64,000 nucleotides of DNA from Candidatus Marinacidobacterales bacterium (GCA_965237955.1 OZ250169.1:2400001-2464000), one strand, 5' to 3'. Numbered from the stretch's first letter, positions 39,201 to 48,750 are shown. Program-made: numbers and translations. The notes: a model not told the origin generated them from the letters alone.

Positions 39201-39362
39201 ATGAGTCACGAGTCCACCCAGCTCACTCTCCACGGCCAGAAGGTTCCTCAAAAATCGCGCGCACCCGGTACACTCGCTCAGGTGCTTTTGGAATTCTTCG
39301 TTCTCAGGCGCTTTGCCCTCGAGGGCGATCGCATTCCGAACCTCGTTACATCTCTCAGTCAT
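36243..39362 (-). CDS. Anti-sigma-like zinc finger + TM + two TonB C-terminal domains + vWA-like domain
   Basis: HLSECTGC (HxxxCxxC); one TM; PVYPDIAKQARVQGIVILEAIID...AIDAVKRWKYEP and a second TonB_C copy; NVGIVLD...VSVIGVG...LERLALAGQGRRYF (vWA-like). Confidence 0.8.
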   Translation of the reverse strand: MTERCNEVRNAIALEGKAPENEEFQKHLSECTGCARFLRNLLAVESELGGLVTHDASDDIVEKLLARPELSAKAASHRTLYWAMGLAAAATIAFVAARVTFMGHSSFSREYEIAAHVDVKTSQSEGDELSSEEQERLDSLGYVGGSDYADVADDQLDGNATTRDKVIRREEQVENQAKPRARIRELNERGYFRPIEDDAELEKHEGVEDGVPGGIIGGIVGGLPENKNGSLKKDNEAGWRFAKSGAVSGNRVARTPAAAEPVLEDARAQDRASRTAGRSQASPRAQAPPSSSVDESEIVANEHAPLGIDALVWEADPADEDEVGLPNAPPTKQEPVRVGGNIRPPNKVRDQQPVYPDIAKQARVQGIVILEAIIDPAGNVTNVRVLRSIPLLDQSAIDAVKRWKYEPTLLNGVPVPIVMTMTVNFVDEFKSQVIAGGEVDEYGNYQREAEPRKLVHVDAVYPEAAKQKRPSGTVVLRALIDRGGNVTRAIVLESVGPLDQAAIDAVLQWKYEASDRDERTVTVRIAFEAAPQTDGDARLFLEERERIDNLRFRNARGYWANTYLPGDPKARFLAMRLRNAHQLVAPHVAARPVVQPFDAPRRGALSLTLHADRRGISEPSRLLVQVGLQATESHGRRRPPMNVGIVLDAKPNDLAAARALIDSLQQARALGDRFRLILPGKGEIVPPESFRHGPLSVALDELEASNDLEGAVRLAIEHVHAGDDPTMPLGSSLVLVVTPRKLGDELDALSRLAHRSAVGGVPVSVIGVGASVDRSELERLALAGQGRRYFLEQAQDANSIVDRELAASSRVVARALRLRIKLADGVKLVDVIGSVSLNERQAERVREAEKSIDLRLSRNLGIEADRGEDEDGIQIVIPSFYAGDAHTILLDVVAARPGPIAEVTVRYKDLAELRNTVARASLALPRSSSGDIDNINRGPLETNVLKNYLAFHLSEVLEGAADKLEQGDRSGAIDELDEVRRLLAGLPFGSDGEIVRDVAMRSEYVSILSSSVEPALVAYLADSLRYASASKRRLPAALT

Positions 39363-39957
39363 GGCTCACTCTCGTGCGTCGCTCGTAGCTCTCCACCAGG
39401 CGCATGCGCGCGCGCCTCACGTGGGTCTTCACCGTGTTGATGGGCATATCGAGGATGGACGCAATGTCTTTCAGGGGTAGGTTCTCGATCGTTGCGAGGA
39501 TCAGCACCTCGCGTTCCGGCATCGGAAGCGCTTGGATCGCTCGCTCGAGCCAGGCCTTTGTCGGTTGCGCGGACGCTAACGATTAAGCGTCCGGCGCGCC
39601 GTCTTTGATGTCTGGGACGTCTGCACTCGCCGGCTCCCAAACAATGTAGCTGCGCAGTTTTTGCTTGCGCAGATACGTTCTTACGGTGTTGGCCACCACG
39701 GTAAAAAGCCAAGGGTGCAGGGGGCGTGCGTTATCGTATTGATCGGCGCGTTGGTGGATCTTGAGGAAGATCTCTTGAAAGAGGTCGTCGCGATCGGCTT
39801 CGGCAATGCCGCAGCGCACGAGATAGCCGAACACCGGCCGGCGGTAACGCTCGACCAGCTGCGAGAACGCGTCGCGGTCACCTTCTCGGTGCGCGACGAG
39901 CAGCCGCTCCGTTGGTTCGGGAACCACTACGATCTCCATCCGGGCTAACCCTTCCAT
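39355..39957 (-). pseudogene. ECF sigma factor with in-frame TAA at 39583-39585
   Basis: Region 2 (AFSQLVERY, DDLFQEIFLKI, WLFTVVAN) is followed after the stop, in frame, by region 4 (LPMPEREVL...DIASILDMPINTVKTHVRRAR); ends at TGA 39355-39357. Confidence 0.85.
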
Positions 39958-40080
39958 ACCCCTTCATACTAGCGGACCGAGGAAAAGTTCCGAAAAATTC
40001 GCGTGCGGGGCCAACAACTGCTGCTAGACATCTGTTTCTATCTACTTATGTCTGTTCAGTTTGATCAGATTCCTGATCCC

Positions 40081-40109
40081 TTGACATACTCCCAACATCC
40101 ACCTATACT
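40081..40109 (+). promoter_or_regulatory. sigma70 promoter of tnpB
   Basis: TTGACA-17 bp-TATACT, 9 nt before the GTG start. Confidence 0.8.
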
Positions 40110-40118
40110 CGTGATCTC

Positions 40119-41303
40119 GTGAAAGCGCTGCACTGCATACGCCCAACGACGCTCAGCCACAAGATTCAGCTCGATCCTACACCGCAACAAGAAGTCTACC
40201 TGCGGCGCGCCTGTGGTGTTGCTCGCTTCGCGTGGAATTGGGCTCTCGAGCGCTGGCGCCATGAATACGAAGCGGGCGGCCAACCCTCGGGATTGGCTCT
40301 CAAGAAACAGTTCAACGCCATCAAGGGCGAGCATTTCCCGTGGGTTTATGAAGTGACGAAGTACGCAGCCCAGCAACCGTTTCTTCATCTCCAGTCGGCG
40401 TTCCGGAACTTTTTCGCCAAGAGGGCCCGCTATCCACGGTTCAAGAAGGGGGTGCACGACAGTTTCTATGTCGGCAACGATCACGTGAAGCTCGCCGGCA
40501 AGCGCGTTTGGATTCCGAAGCTTGGGTGGGTACGGATGCGGGAGGAGCTTCGGTTTCGAGGCAAGCTGGTCTCGGCGGTCGTTTCTCGAACGGCAGACAC
40601 GTGGTTTGTGAGCCTATCGGTAGAGCTCGAGGAGACGCCTGAGCGTTGCGAGAGCCAAGCAGTGGTGGGTGTGGACTTGGGTGTTATCCGGCTGGCAACG
40701 TTGTCCACTGGGGAGCAGATCGCGGGACCGAAGCCGCTGAGACGAGAGCTTTCCAAGCTGAGGCGCTTGTCTCGGCGCGTGTCGCGCACACAGAAGGGGT
40801 CCAACAACCGCGAGAAAGCTCGTGTGGCTCTGGCGCGGCTACACTACCGAATCCGCTGCGTTCGCCAAGACGCACTGCACAAACTCACGACCTACTTGAC
40901 GAAAAACTATGCGGGCATAGCGATCGAGGATCTGAACGTGAAGGGCATGTTGGCGAATCGGCGTCTGGCGCGAGCGATTGCGGACATGGGCTTTCACGAG
41001 TTTCGCCGCCAGCTCCAGTACAAGGCGGAGCTTCGCGGCAATCACATCGAGGTATGCGACCGTTGGTTCGCGTCTTCGAAAACGTGCTGTGAGTGCGGTG
41101 TGCTGAATAAAGATCTGACTTTGGCAGAGCGTCAGTTTCGATGCGAGGAGTGTGGTTCGGAAAGAGATCGCGACTTGAACGCAGCGCTGAATCTTTTTAG
41201 TACGGTGAGCTCCACCGGACCTCAAGCCTGTGGAGAGGAGCGCTCTGGCTTCGGTATACGCCGAAGTGAAACGTTCCTCTATGAAGCAGGAACCTGGGCT
41301 TGA
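40119..41303 (+). CDS. tnpB: RNA-guided endonuclease TnpB
   Basis: N-terminal HTH (GVARFAWNWAL), RuvC motifs GVDLG / IEDLNV / DRDLNAA, zinc finger CCEC...CEEC. Confidence 0.95.
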   Translation: MKALHCIRPTTLSHKIQLDPTPQQEVYLRRACGVARFAWNWALERWRHEYEAGGQPSGLALKKQFNAIKGEHFPWVYEVTKYAAQQPFLHLQSAFRNFFAKRARYPRFKKGVHDSFYVGNDHVKLAGKRVWIPKLGWVRMREELRFRGKLVSAVVSRTADTWFVSLSVELEETPERCESQAVVGVDLGVIRLATLSTGEQIAGPKPLRRELSKLRRLSRRVSRTQKGSNNREKARVALARLHYRIRCVRQDALHKLTTYLTKNYAGIAIEDLNVKGMLANRRLARAIADMGFHEFRRQLQYKAELRGNHIEVCDRWFASSKTCCECGVLNKDLTLAERQFRCEECGSERDRDLNAALNLFSTVSSTGPQACGEERSGFGIRRSETFLYEAGTWA

Positions 41304-41331
41304 TCGGATTTGATCAGGTTTTGGAGAGCGG
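41201..41331 (+). ncRNA. TnpB omega-RNA (reRNA) scaffold overlapping the tnpB 3' end
   Basis: TACGGTGAG...GCCTGTGGAGAG...CTCTGG...GTGAAAC...TGAAGCAGGAA pattern typical of IS605/IS607 right ends. Boundaries approximate. Confidence 0.7.
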
Positions 41332-41334
41332 ATT

Positions 41335-41685
41335 TCACCTCGATTCGAGGAACTCCCGCAACGCCACCGCCTGGTTGTGCTCTTCGTCCCGTGCACTGTA
41401 GACGAGGGTCACGGTGTGCTTTCGCACCGAAGAGCAGGTCGGCCGCCAGAGGTCCTCTTTGCGCGCGAGCTCCTTGAAGTACCGCTTCTTGAACTCAGCC
41501 CACCGAGCCGGGTCGTGGCCGAACCACTTGCGGAGCTCGTGACTCGGACCGAGCTCTTTCAGCCACGCCTCGATCGAAAGCGCGTCTTTCTTGACGCCGC
41601 GTGGCCATATCCGGTCCACGAGGTAACGTTTTCCGTCACGCTTGGTGGCGGGAGCGTAAGCGCGTTTCACGCGGATCGGCACCAT
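41335..41685 (-). CDS. DUF488/YeaO family protein
   Basis: IRVKRAY, DGKRYLVDRIWPRG, PSHELRKWFGHD, TLVYSARDEEHNQA. Confidence 0.9.
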   Translation of the reverse strand: MVPIRVKRAYAPATKRDGKRYLVDRIWPRGVKKDALSIEAWLKELGPSHELRKWFGHDPARWAEFKKRYFKELARKEDLWRPTCSSVRKHTVTLVYSARDEEHNQAVALREFLESR

Positions 41686-41713
41686 CCAAGTATAGAGGAT
41701 AGAATCGCTCGAT

Positions 41714-42526
41714 ATGACGGAGCTTCGAGACGCGCACGTCGTCATCACCGGCGCCGCCAGTGGCCTCGGCCGGCGCATGGCACTCGGCGTCGCGCAACGA
41801 GGCGGTACGCTTTCCCTTTGGGACGTGAACGGGGCGGGCCTCGACGCGGTGGTCGCCGAGGTCACAAGCCTCGGTGGGCGAGCCCAACCGGTGGTCTGCG
41901 ACATTTCCGATCGAGGGGCGGTCTATTCCGCGGCGGCCGGTATCGCCGATCCCGTCGATGTCCTCATCAATAACGCCGGCGTCGTGAATGGAAAGAGCCT
42001 TCTCGAGATTCCGGACGAGCAGATCGAAAGAAGCCTCCAGATCAACACCCATTCGCTTTTCTGGATGACCAAGGCGTTTCTCCCGGCGATGATCGAGCGC
42101 AACCGGGGCCATATCGTCACCATTGCTTCGGCCGCAGGCCTCATCGGCGTCCCTCGCCTGACGGACTATTGCGCCAGCAAGTTCGCCGCGGTGGGGCTCG
42201 ATGAATCCCTTCGAGTCGAGCTGAGAAAACGAGCGCCTGGCGTCCGGACGACCGTCGTCTGTCCCTACTACATCGACACCGGCATGTTCGACGGGGTGAA
42301 GACGCGCTTCTCGTTCTTGCTACCCATCCTGAAGGAGGAGAAGGTCGCCGACAAGATCTTGAAAGCTGTGGAGCGCGATCGACCGCGGCTTCAGATGCCG
42401 GCACTGGTCCACAGTATTCCGCTGCTACGATTGTTTCCGGTCCACTTATTTGATGCGATAGCCAGGTTTATGGGAATTAGCGCTTCGACGGACGATTTCG
42501 TAGGCCGACACAAGGATTCGCCATAG
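41714..42526 (+). CDS. SDR family oxidoreductase
   Basis: ITGAASGLG, NNAG, YCASK. Confidence 0.92.
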   Translation: MTELRDAHVVITGAASGLGRRMALGVAQRGGTLSLWDVNGAGLDAVVAEVTSLGGRAQPVVCDISDRGAVYSAAAGIADPVDVLINNAGVVNGKSLLEIPDEQIERSLQINTHSLFWMTKAFLPAMIERNRGHIVTIASAAGLIGVPRLTDYCASKFAAVGLDESLRVELRKRAPGVRTTVVCPYYIDTGMFDGVKTRFSFLLPILKEEKVADKILKAVERDRPRLQMPALVHSIPLLRLFPVHLFDAIARFMGISASTDDFVGRHKDSP

Positions 42527-42581
42527 GTTTGTTCTGCCCACCTGTTTGACTGGGTTGGCTGTGTGGGGTTAAGATCTGATC

Positions 42582-43217
42582 ATGCGGTCAAATCCTAAGC
42601 CTGTTAGCCAGAAAAAGCTCAGCTTCATCGAGGAAGCGCGCCGCCGCCAGATCGTCGAAACGGCCATCCAAACGATTGCCACTCAAGGGTTTTCCCAAGC
42701 CTCGCTTGCGGAGATTGCCCGGAAGGCCGGGATCAGCAAAGGGGTCATTTCGTACCATTTCGCGGGCAAAGACGAGCTCGTCGAAGAAATCCTGAGAAGC
42801 TTGCTGCACCAGCCAGCCGAGTTCATCAAAGAACGGGTGGGCCGCAATGAGACGGCACTCGACCAGCTTCGAGCCTACATCGAAGCGAACTTCGAGTTCA
42901 TGGAGTCCCACCGCGACAACTACGTGGCGCTCGTCGATCTATGGGGACGCCGCGGGAGCTCGGAGGAAGAAAATCGGTTCAACGCCGACGCGTACGAGCC
43001 CTCGCGACACTACCTCTCGCACATTTTCGAGGCCGGGCGCGAGCGCGGCGAGTTCCGCCACTTGCCGGTGCGTTCGACCGCGTCGTTGATTCAGGCGGCC
43101 ATCGACGGGGTGATGTTGCAGTGGGTTTTCGACGAAGAGAGCATCGACCTCGACGTGAGCCGCGCAGAAGTGTTGGAGATGATCACCCGCCACGTGTCCA
43201 AAGGAGAGCCGCGATGA
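42582..43217 (+). CDS. TetR family regulator
   Basis: HTH SLAEIARKAGISKGVISYHF; TTGACT-18 bp-TAAGAT immediately upstream. Confidence 0.92.
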   Translation: MRSNPKPVSQKKLSFIEEARRRQIVETAIQTIATQGFSQASLAEIARKAGISKGVISYHFAGKDELVEEILRSLLHQPAEFIKERVGRNETALDQLRAYIEANFEFMESHRDNYVALVDLWGRRGSSEEENRFNADAYEPSRHYLSHIFEAGRERGEFRHLPVRSTASLIQAAIDGVMLQWVFDEESIDLDVSRAEVLEMITRHVSKGEPR

Positions 43218-45142
43218 ACAACATCGACACCAAAGGCATGTCCGAAGGTAAGAAGGCAGCACTCGAGCTGACCGAGGAGTCGCGCGAAGGCTTTTTGGAC
43301 TACCCGACGTTCGCCGGCGCTCTGTTCATGGGTGATCTTCCTGTCGAGCTGGTCCATCCCTATCCGGAAGAGGATACCGATCGTGATGCCCGTGGCGAAG
43401 CGTTTCTGACGCAGCTCGAATCGTTCCTGAAGGAGCACGTCGACCCGGATCAAATCGATGTCGATGGAGAAATCCCGGAAAACGTTATCGAGGGGCTCGC
43501 GGCTATCGGTGCGTTCGGGATCAAGATCCCGCGTGAATACGGCGGTCTCGGTTTGTCGCAACAGCTGTATACGCGAGCGGCTGTTCTCGTGGGAAGCTAC
43601 TGCGGAAGCATCTCCGCGTTGCTGTCGGCGCATCAATCCATCGGTGTGCCCCAGCCGCTCCTTCTTTTCGGCACCGAAGAGCAGAAGCAAAAGTTTCTAC
43701 CGCGGATCGCGGGCGGAGAGATCACGGCGTTCGCGCTGACAGAGACGGGTGTTGGCTCGGATCCCGCACGCATGGAGACGCGCGCCGAGCCCACCGAGGA
43801 CGGCAAACACTACATTATTAATGGGGAGAAGTTATGGTGCACGAACGGCACCCGGGCAGGACTTCTCGTCGTCATGGCCAAGACACCGGCTCGCGTCGCG
43901 GGCGGCCGCGATCGGGTCACCGCGTTCGTCGTCGACACGAAAACCCCGGGCGTCGAAGTCACGCACCGCTGCCAGTTCATGGGATTGAGAGCGCTTTTCA
44001 ATGCCGTCATCCGTTTCACCGACGTTAAAGTTCCGGCCGAGAACATCATCGCCGCCGAGGGCAAGGGACTTCGCGTCGCGCTCACGACGCTCAACACCGG
44101 TCGTATCACCCTGCCGGCGATGTGCGTCGGGCTCTCGAAGCGAGCGCTTCAAATGGCGCGAGAATGGGCCAACGAGCGCGAGCAGTGGGGCGCACCCATC
44201 GGAAAACACGCCGCTGTCGCCGACAAGATTGCGCGTATCGCCTCGACGGTGTTCGCCATGGAGTCCATGACGTACCTGACGTCGGCGCTCGTCGATCGCA
44301 AGAAGACCGATATCCGCGTCGAAGCCGCGATGGCGAAGATGTTCGGGACCGAGGCAGCGTGGACCATCGTGGACGACACCATGCAGATTCTCGGAGGTCG
44401 CGGCTTCGAGACGGCGCAATCCATCGAGGCCCGCGGAGAAACGCCCCGGCCGATCGAGCGCGGAATGCGAGACTCCCGCATCAACCGCATCTTCGAAGGC
44501 TCGACCGAGATCATGCAGCTTTTCATCGCTCGTGAAGCGCTGGACCCGCACCTGAGAGTTGCCGGAGAGGTCATGAACTCGACGCTTCCGACGTCCCGGC
44601 GTCTCCGCGCCGCGATCCGCGCCGGGTGGTTCTACCTGAGGTGGTATCCGAAGCAGTGGCTTCCGGCGACGGCAAAAACCTCGGGCATGGACCCGGCGCT
44701 CAAAAAGCACGTCCGCTACGCCGCGCGGCAGAGCAAGAAACTGGCTCGCAAGATGTTCCACGCGATGGCCATGAACGGCCCCAAGCTCGAGCGCGAGCAG
44801 ATGCTTCTCGCGCGCTTCGTCGACATCGGGACCGAGCTCTTCGCCCAGACCGCCTCAGCCACGAGAGCGCAGGCTCTCGTCGAGCACGGCCAAGATCGCA
44901 AGGAGATTCTGGCCCTCGTCGACCACTTCTGCGCCGAATCGCGCCTCCGTATCGACCGCGCGTTCCGCGGCATCCGCACCAACAACGACCACATGGGCTA
45001 CCGCCTCGCCCAAAACGTCCTGAAAGGCGGCTCCGACTGGCTCTTCGACGGCATCGTCGGACAGACGTCCGAGGGCAACGACGAGTCGGAGTTCACCCTC
45101 GAACCGCAACTCGAGCCCGATCTCGAAGAGGTCTCGAGCTGA
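43214..45142 (+). CDS. Acyl-CoA dehydrogenase (long, VLCAD-like)
   Basis: AFALTETGVGSD, NGEKLWCTNG, QILGGRGF, RINRIFEGSTEI; GGAG RBS before ATG 43214. Confidence 0.92.
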   Translation: MNNIDTKGMSEGKKAALELTEESREGFLDYPTFAGALFMGDLPVELVHPYPEEDTDRDARGEAFLTQLESFLKEHVDPDQIDVDGEIPENVIEGLAAIGAFGIKIPREYGGLGLSQQLYTRAAVLVGSYCGSISALLSAHQSIGVPQPLLLFGTEEQKQKFLPRIAGGEITAFALTETGVGSDPARMETRAEPTEDGKHYIINGEKLWCTNGTRAGLLVVMAKTPARVAGGRDRVTAFVVDTKTPGVEVTHRCQFMGLRALFNAVIRFTDVKVPAENIIAAEGKGLRVALTTLNTGRITLPAMCVGLSKRALQMAREWANEREQWGAPIGKHAAVADKIARIASTVFAMESMTYLTSALVDRKKTDIRVEAAMAKMFGTEAAWTIVDDTMQILGGRGFETAQSIEARGETPRPIERGMRDSRINRIFEGSTEIMQLFIAREALDPHLRVAGEVMNSTLPTSRRLRAAIRAGWFYLRWYPKQWLPATAKTSGMDPALKKHVRYAARQSKKLARKMFHAMAMNGPKLEREQMLLARFVDIGTELFAQTASATRAQALVEHGQDRKEILALVDHFCAESRLRIDRAFRGIRTNNDHMGYRLAQNVLKGGSDWLFDGIVGQTSEGNDESEFTLEPQLEPDLEEVSS

Positions 45143-45201
45143 GCTTGCCTGAGACGCCTGTCTTCAAGTATGCTTAGAGGCTCCCGGGTGGGATCCGGCA
45201 T

Positions 45202-45278
45202 GCGCCTGTAGCTCAGCTGGATAGAGCGTCTGCCTCCGGAGCAGAAGGTCGGAGGTTCGAATCCTCTCAGGCGTACCA
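45202..45278 (+). tRNA. tRNA-Arg(CCG)
   Basis: Cloverleaf, anticodon loop CT-CCG-GA, CCA; upstream TTGCCT-18 bp-TATGCT. Confidence 0.96.
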
Positions 45279-45300
45279 ACCGAAAGATCCACCCCAAAGT

Positions 45301-45376
45301 GGGCCGCTAGCTCAATTGGCAGAGCAACGGACTCTTAATCCGTAGGTTGACGGTTCGATTCCGTCGCGGCTCACCA
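45301..45376 (+). tRNA. tRNA-Lys(CTT)
   Basis: Cloverleaf, anticodon loop CT-CTT-AA, CCA. Confidence 0.96.
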
Positions 45377-45479
45377 ATCAAGTCACTAGATCATAACTAA
45401 GGCTGTTTTAAAGCAATAACTACGATATTGGACGGCTAACAGTAGTATCGTGCCGGTACAACCATTGACATAGTGACAA

Positions 45480-46626
45480 TGTGCAACCGCCTACATCGGT
45501 AACGAAACAGACCGGGCACATAGGTAACAGTTTGCGGTGTCGTGGATTCTCTTCGAGATCATTTCGGGCCTCGTCTTTTGTATGGCCTCTTGCTTCGTCG
45601 TTCGGGAGAAACTAGAAGCCCAAAGGCGCGATATCCACGGTCCCTGGCGTTTCGAACATCGAGAATTCCGAGAGGGACGGGACCGAAGTGAACCTTCCAC
45701 CGGTCGTCATCGACTTGCTCGAGACCGACGCGCTCTGACTTTAGACAGCTGCTTATGTACCACTGCTTGGACTCAAAAGAGATCATTCCGTTGGGATAGG
45801 TTTGAGCGACGTAGAAGTGCTCCGGGTATTCGATTTGCGGGAGCTGACGAGGGTAGGGGCGGTTCGAGGGCTGATAGCGAGATGCAGGAACCTCCTGACC
45901 AAGTGCCTCATGCGGGCGGATTTCGTTGTATTCCTCCCGGAACCGATCGAATGCCCGTTGCTGTGCTCGAAAGCTCGCTCGGGGCGGTTTAGCCGTCTCT
46001 GACTTCAAGGTGCTGTGCATCCGTTCATGTCTTCCGTTTTGATCGGGTCGGCCGGGCTGAATCCGCTCAGGACGGATTCCGAGACGAATCCACCAAACAG
46101 CAAGTCTGGACAGTCCTCCTGGCGCAAGAGTCGAGAACGGCGCTCCGTTGTCGGTTCGAATCGCGTCCGGCAGACCGTATGCTCGAAATACCGATTCGAA
46201 TATCTTCCGTGTCGGCTTGAACAATGGCCGGTGAAGACCCTGACAGGCAAATAAATAGCGACTGCATCCGTCGCTCACGGTCAAGGGGTGACAACGCTCC
46301 CCTGCAACCGGAAAATGTCCCTTGAAGTCGGCACACCACACCGCATTGGGGCTCCCGTAGTCGCCCAGACGATCGCCATACGGAGAGCTTCGGCGTATCC
46401 GCCGCCGCTTCTGGATGAGCCCATTCTTACGCAGAACCTCTCCGATCGTGCTCGTCGCCGGCAGCGCGAGCTGCGGATAGTGCCGTTGCAGGATGACACG
46501 CAACTTGCGCGGTCCCCAACGCGGGTGTTTCTTCCGGGCTCTCAGAATCTTTTCCACCACGTCGTCCGCGACAGCGTGAGGATGCGACAAAGGGGCGCGA
46601 GAACGCTCTTCCAGACCTGCGACCCC
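45480..46626 (-). mobile_element. IS481 family element, 5'-truncated (transposase remnant 45559-46626)
   Basis: [47 protein letters not shown]; end has internal TGTTACC-like repeats and terminal TGT at 45480. Confidence 0.85.
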
Positions 46627-48030
46627 GTAGTGTGCCAAAACTCGGCCGCCGCGAAGCAGCACCTCGTAGGGTCGCGTCTTCCCGAAGTAAGGATAGCCAC
46701 GCCGCCCCGAACGGCTAGAATGCGGCCTATGCAGCCTTACCTATGGCAGTTCCTCGCGTTGACCTTCGCCGGGTGGGTCAAGCGGTCCCAGCAGGATGCA
46801 ATCGAATACGTGAAGGAAGAGAATCGAGTTCTCCGGGAGCAGCTCGTCGCTCGTCGCTTACGTTTCACCGATGACCAGCGTCGACGTCTGGCAGCGAAGG
46901 CGAAGGCTTTGTGGCAGGAGAACCTGAAGGAAATCGTCGAGCTCGTAACGCCCGACACGTTGTTGCGTTGGTATAGAGAGCTCATCGCGGCAAAGTACGA
47001 TGGGAGCCATCGCCGCGGTCCAGGGCGACCTCGCGTGGCAGAAACGATACGCGAACTCGTGCTCACGATGGCGAAGGAAAACTCAAGCTGGGGATATACG
47101 AGGATTTGTGGCGCTCTCGCTAACATGGGCCATGAGGTCGGCAGAAACACCGTGAAACGCATCCTCGCGGAACACGGTATCGAGCCCGCACCCGCGAGGG
47201 ATAAACGCACGCCCTGGAGCACCTTTCTGAAAGCCCATTGGGGAGCTATAGCTGCGACGGATTTCTTCACCGTGGAAGTGCTTACCACCCGTGGATTGAT
47301 TCGCTACTTCGTGCTTTTCGTCATCGACCTCAAGACCCGTCGCGTCGAGATCGAGGGCATCGTCCATCAGCCCTACGATGATTGGATGAAGCAAATGGCG
47401 CGAAACTTGACGGACGCGATGGATGGATTTCTTCGCGACGCTCGATTTCTAATCCACGATCGAGACCCGCTGTTCTCAGCGTCATTCTGCGCCACGCTCT
47501 GCGCGACTGGGGTGGAGACAGTGAAACTACCCGCAAGGAGTCCGAATTTGAATGCTCACGCGGAGCGTTTTGTTCGTTCGATAAAACACGAGTGCCTCAA
47601 CAGAATGGTTCCGCTCGGAGAGAATCATCTTCGCGTGGCCGTTCGCGCTTACGTCGCCCATTACCATATGGAAAGAAATCACCAGGGTCTCGACAACAGG
47701 TTGATCTCCGAAGTGCCCGACAGTCCCTGCACTGAGGGGAGCATTCTGTGTCGGGAGCGTCTTGGCGGGATTCTCCGATATTATTATCAGGAGGCAGCGT
47801 AAGCGGAGCGGGCGCGTTTCACGGCCGAAGAACGAAGGTTTCCAGAAACGCGATGGCGGGTCCTGAGGGTCCCCGTCTCTGAGATATCGCGCCGCCACCG
47901 CCACGCCTTCAAGAACCGAAACGTTGACAAAGGCAGCCGCGAACGTCCCTTTTCCCTCTGATTCAAGCGGAGCAGGTGTCTAATAATGATGGATTTCGCC
48001 TTCATCTGAGTATTGGCACACTACGCGGTC
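46621..48030 (+). mobile_element. IS-like element with rve/integrase-core transposase
   Basis: Imperfect ~25-bp inverted repeats GACCCCGTAGTGTGCCAAAACTCGG (from 46621) and the complement ending at 48030. Exact ends +/-5 nt. Confidence 0.75.
46729..47802 (+). CDS. Integrase core domain (DDE) transposase
   Basis: [53 protein letters not shown]. Confidence 0.9.
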   Translation: MQPYLWQFLALTFAGWVKRSQQDAIEYVKEENRVLREQLVARRLRFTDDQRRRLAAKAKALWQENLKEIVELVTPDTLLRWYRELIAAKYDGSHRRGPGRPRVAETIRELVLTMAKENSSWGYTRICGALANMGHEVGRNTVKRILAEHGIEPAPARDKRTPWSTFLKAHWGAIAATDFFTVEVLTTRGLIRYFVLFVIDLKTRRVEIEGIVHQPYDDWMKQMARNLTDAMDGFLRDARFLIHDRDPLFSASFCATLCATGVETVKLPARSPNLNAHAERFVRSIKHECLNRMVPLGENHLRVAVRAYVAHYHMERNHQGLDNRLISEVPDSPCTEGSILCRERLGGILRYYYQEAA

Positions 48031-48194
48031 CTCGTGCGACAGGAAGTGGACCGAACTCGTCACCAGTCTTGGTGCCAACTTGGTGCCAGAACTACCCCCG
48101 GAGCCACGAAACAACGGAGACGACCGTCACCGCTTCTTCGAGTCGTTCGTGTCGGTTAGGCTCCGTTCGTGCTGGTTGGTGCTCGCCTGAGCAC

Positions 48195-48245
48195 GACTCT
48201 TAATCCGTAGGTTGACGGTTCGATTCCGTCGCGGCTCACCAATCA
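48195..48245 (+). repeat. att-like 51-bp duplication of the tRNA-Lys 3' half
   Basis: Identical to 45330-45380 (GACTCTTAATCC...GCGGCTCACCAATCA). Confidence 0.92.
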
Positions 48246-48420
48246 TATCAATCGCTTGCGGGGATAGCCTACCTTGAATGCCTGTATTGGTGCCAGCTTA
48301 GCTTCTGGACGCCGACGATCTAGCGTATCTGGGGGAAGCTCCGGCGGGAGATCGAATCGGCTACGGTCCGGAACCGCTCGTCGGCGGCGTCGAGCGGATG
48401 AACGACGTGCTCCCGGGCCC

Positions 48421-48750
48421 TTACTCCTGAAGAACATTTCCGCAATCGGGATAGCTGGAGCGCAAGAAGCGGAGCCGACGGCGCACATGGCCTTTCCAAC
48501 CGGCTAGCGGCACCGTCTCCCACCGGCCGCCGCGCGGCTGCAACAGGACGATTGCCGCGAGCACGAAAACATGCAGCGCAAATATCGAAACGGGGGCGGG
48601 CATCTTGGCGTGGAAGATGACGGTAAAGATCGCGATGATCGCCGTATAGCCAAAGACGACCCCGTCGAGTGGGTGAAGCGATTCTTCAAATCCATCACGC
48701 CTGCGGCCGCCGTGCCCGCTTCGCTTTCTAATGGAAGTTTTTCCATGTCA
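48421..48750 (-). pseudogene. Frameshifted N-terminal fragment of a membrane protein (possibly PAP2-like)
   Basis: HPLDGVVFGYTAIIAIFTVIF...SIFALHVFVLAAIVLL...LRFLRSSYP, then the frame degenerates. Confidence 0.4.

Larger units (their letters stand above)
40021..41331 (+). mobile_element. Non-autonomous IS607-like element (tnpB only)
   Basis: TGATC(A/G)G(A/G)TT short repeats near both ends (40062, 41301, 41311); right end GGAGAGCGG at 41331. Left boundary approximate (40011-40021). Confidence 0.7.

Noticed and set aside
40119-41303. Cas12f or IStron
   Set aside because: No CRISPR array, and no room or motifs for a group I intron in the short left end.
46288-46728. Long N-terminal extension of the integrase-core ORF
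   Set aside because: It is antisense read-through of the IS481 remnant; the real start is at 46720 or 46729.
48195-48245. Second tRNA-Lys gene
   Set aside because: Lacks the 5' acceptor strand and D arm; it is an att-type duplication.
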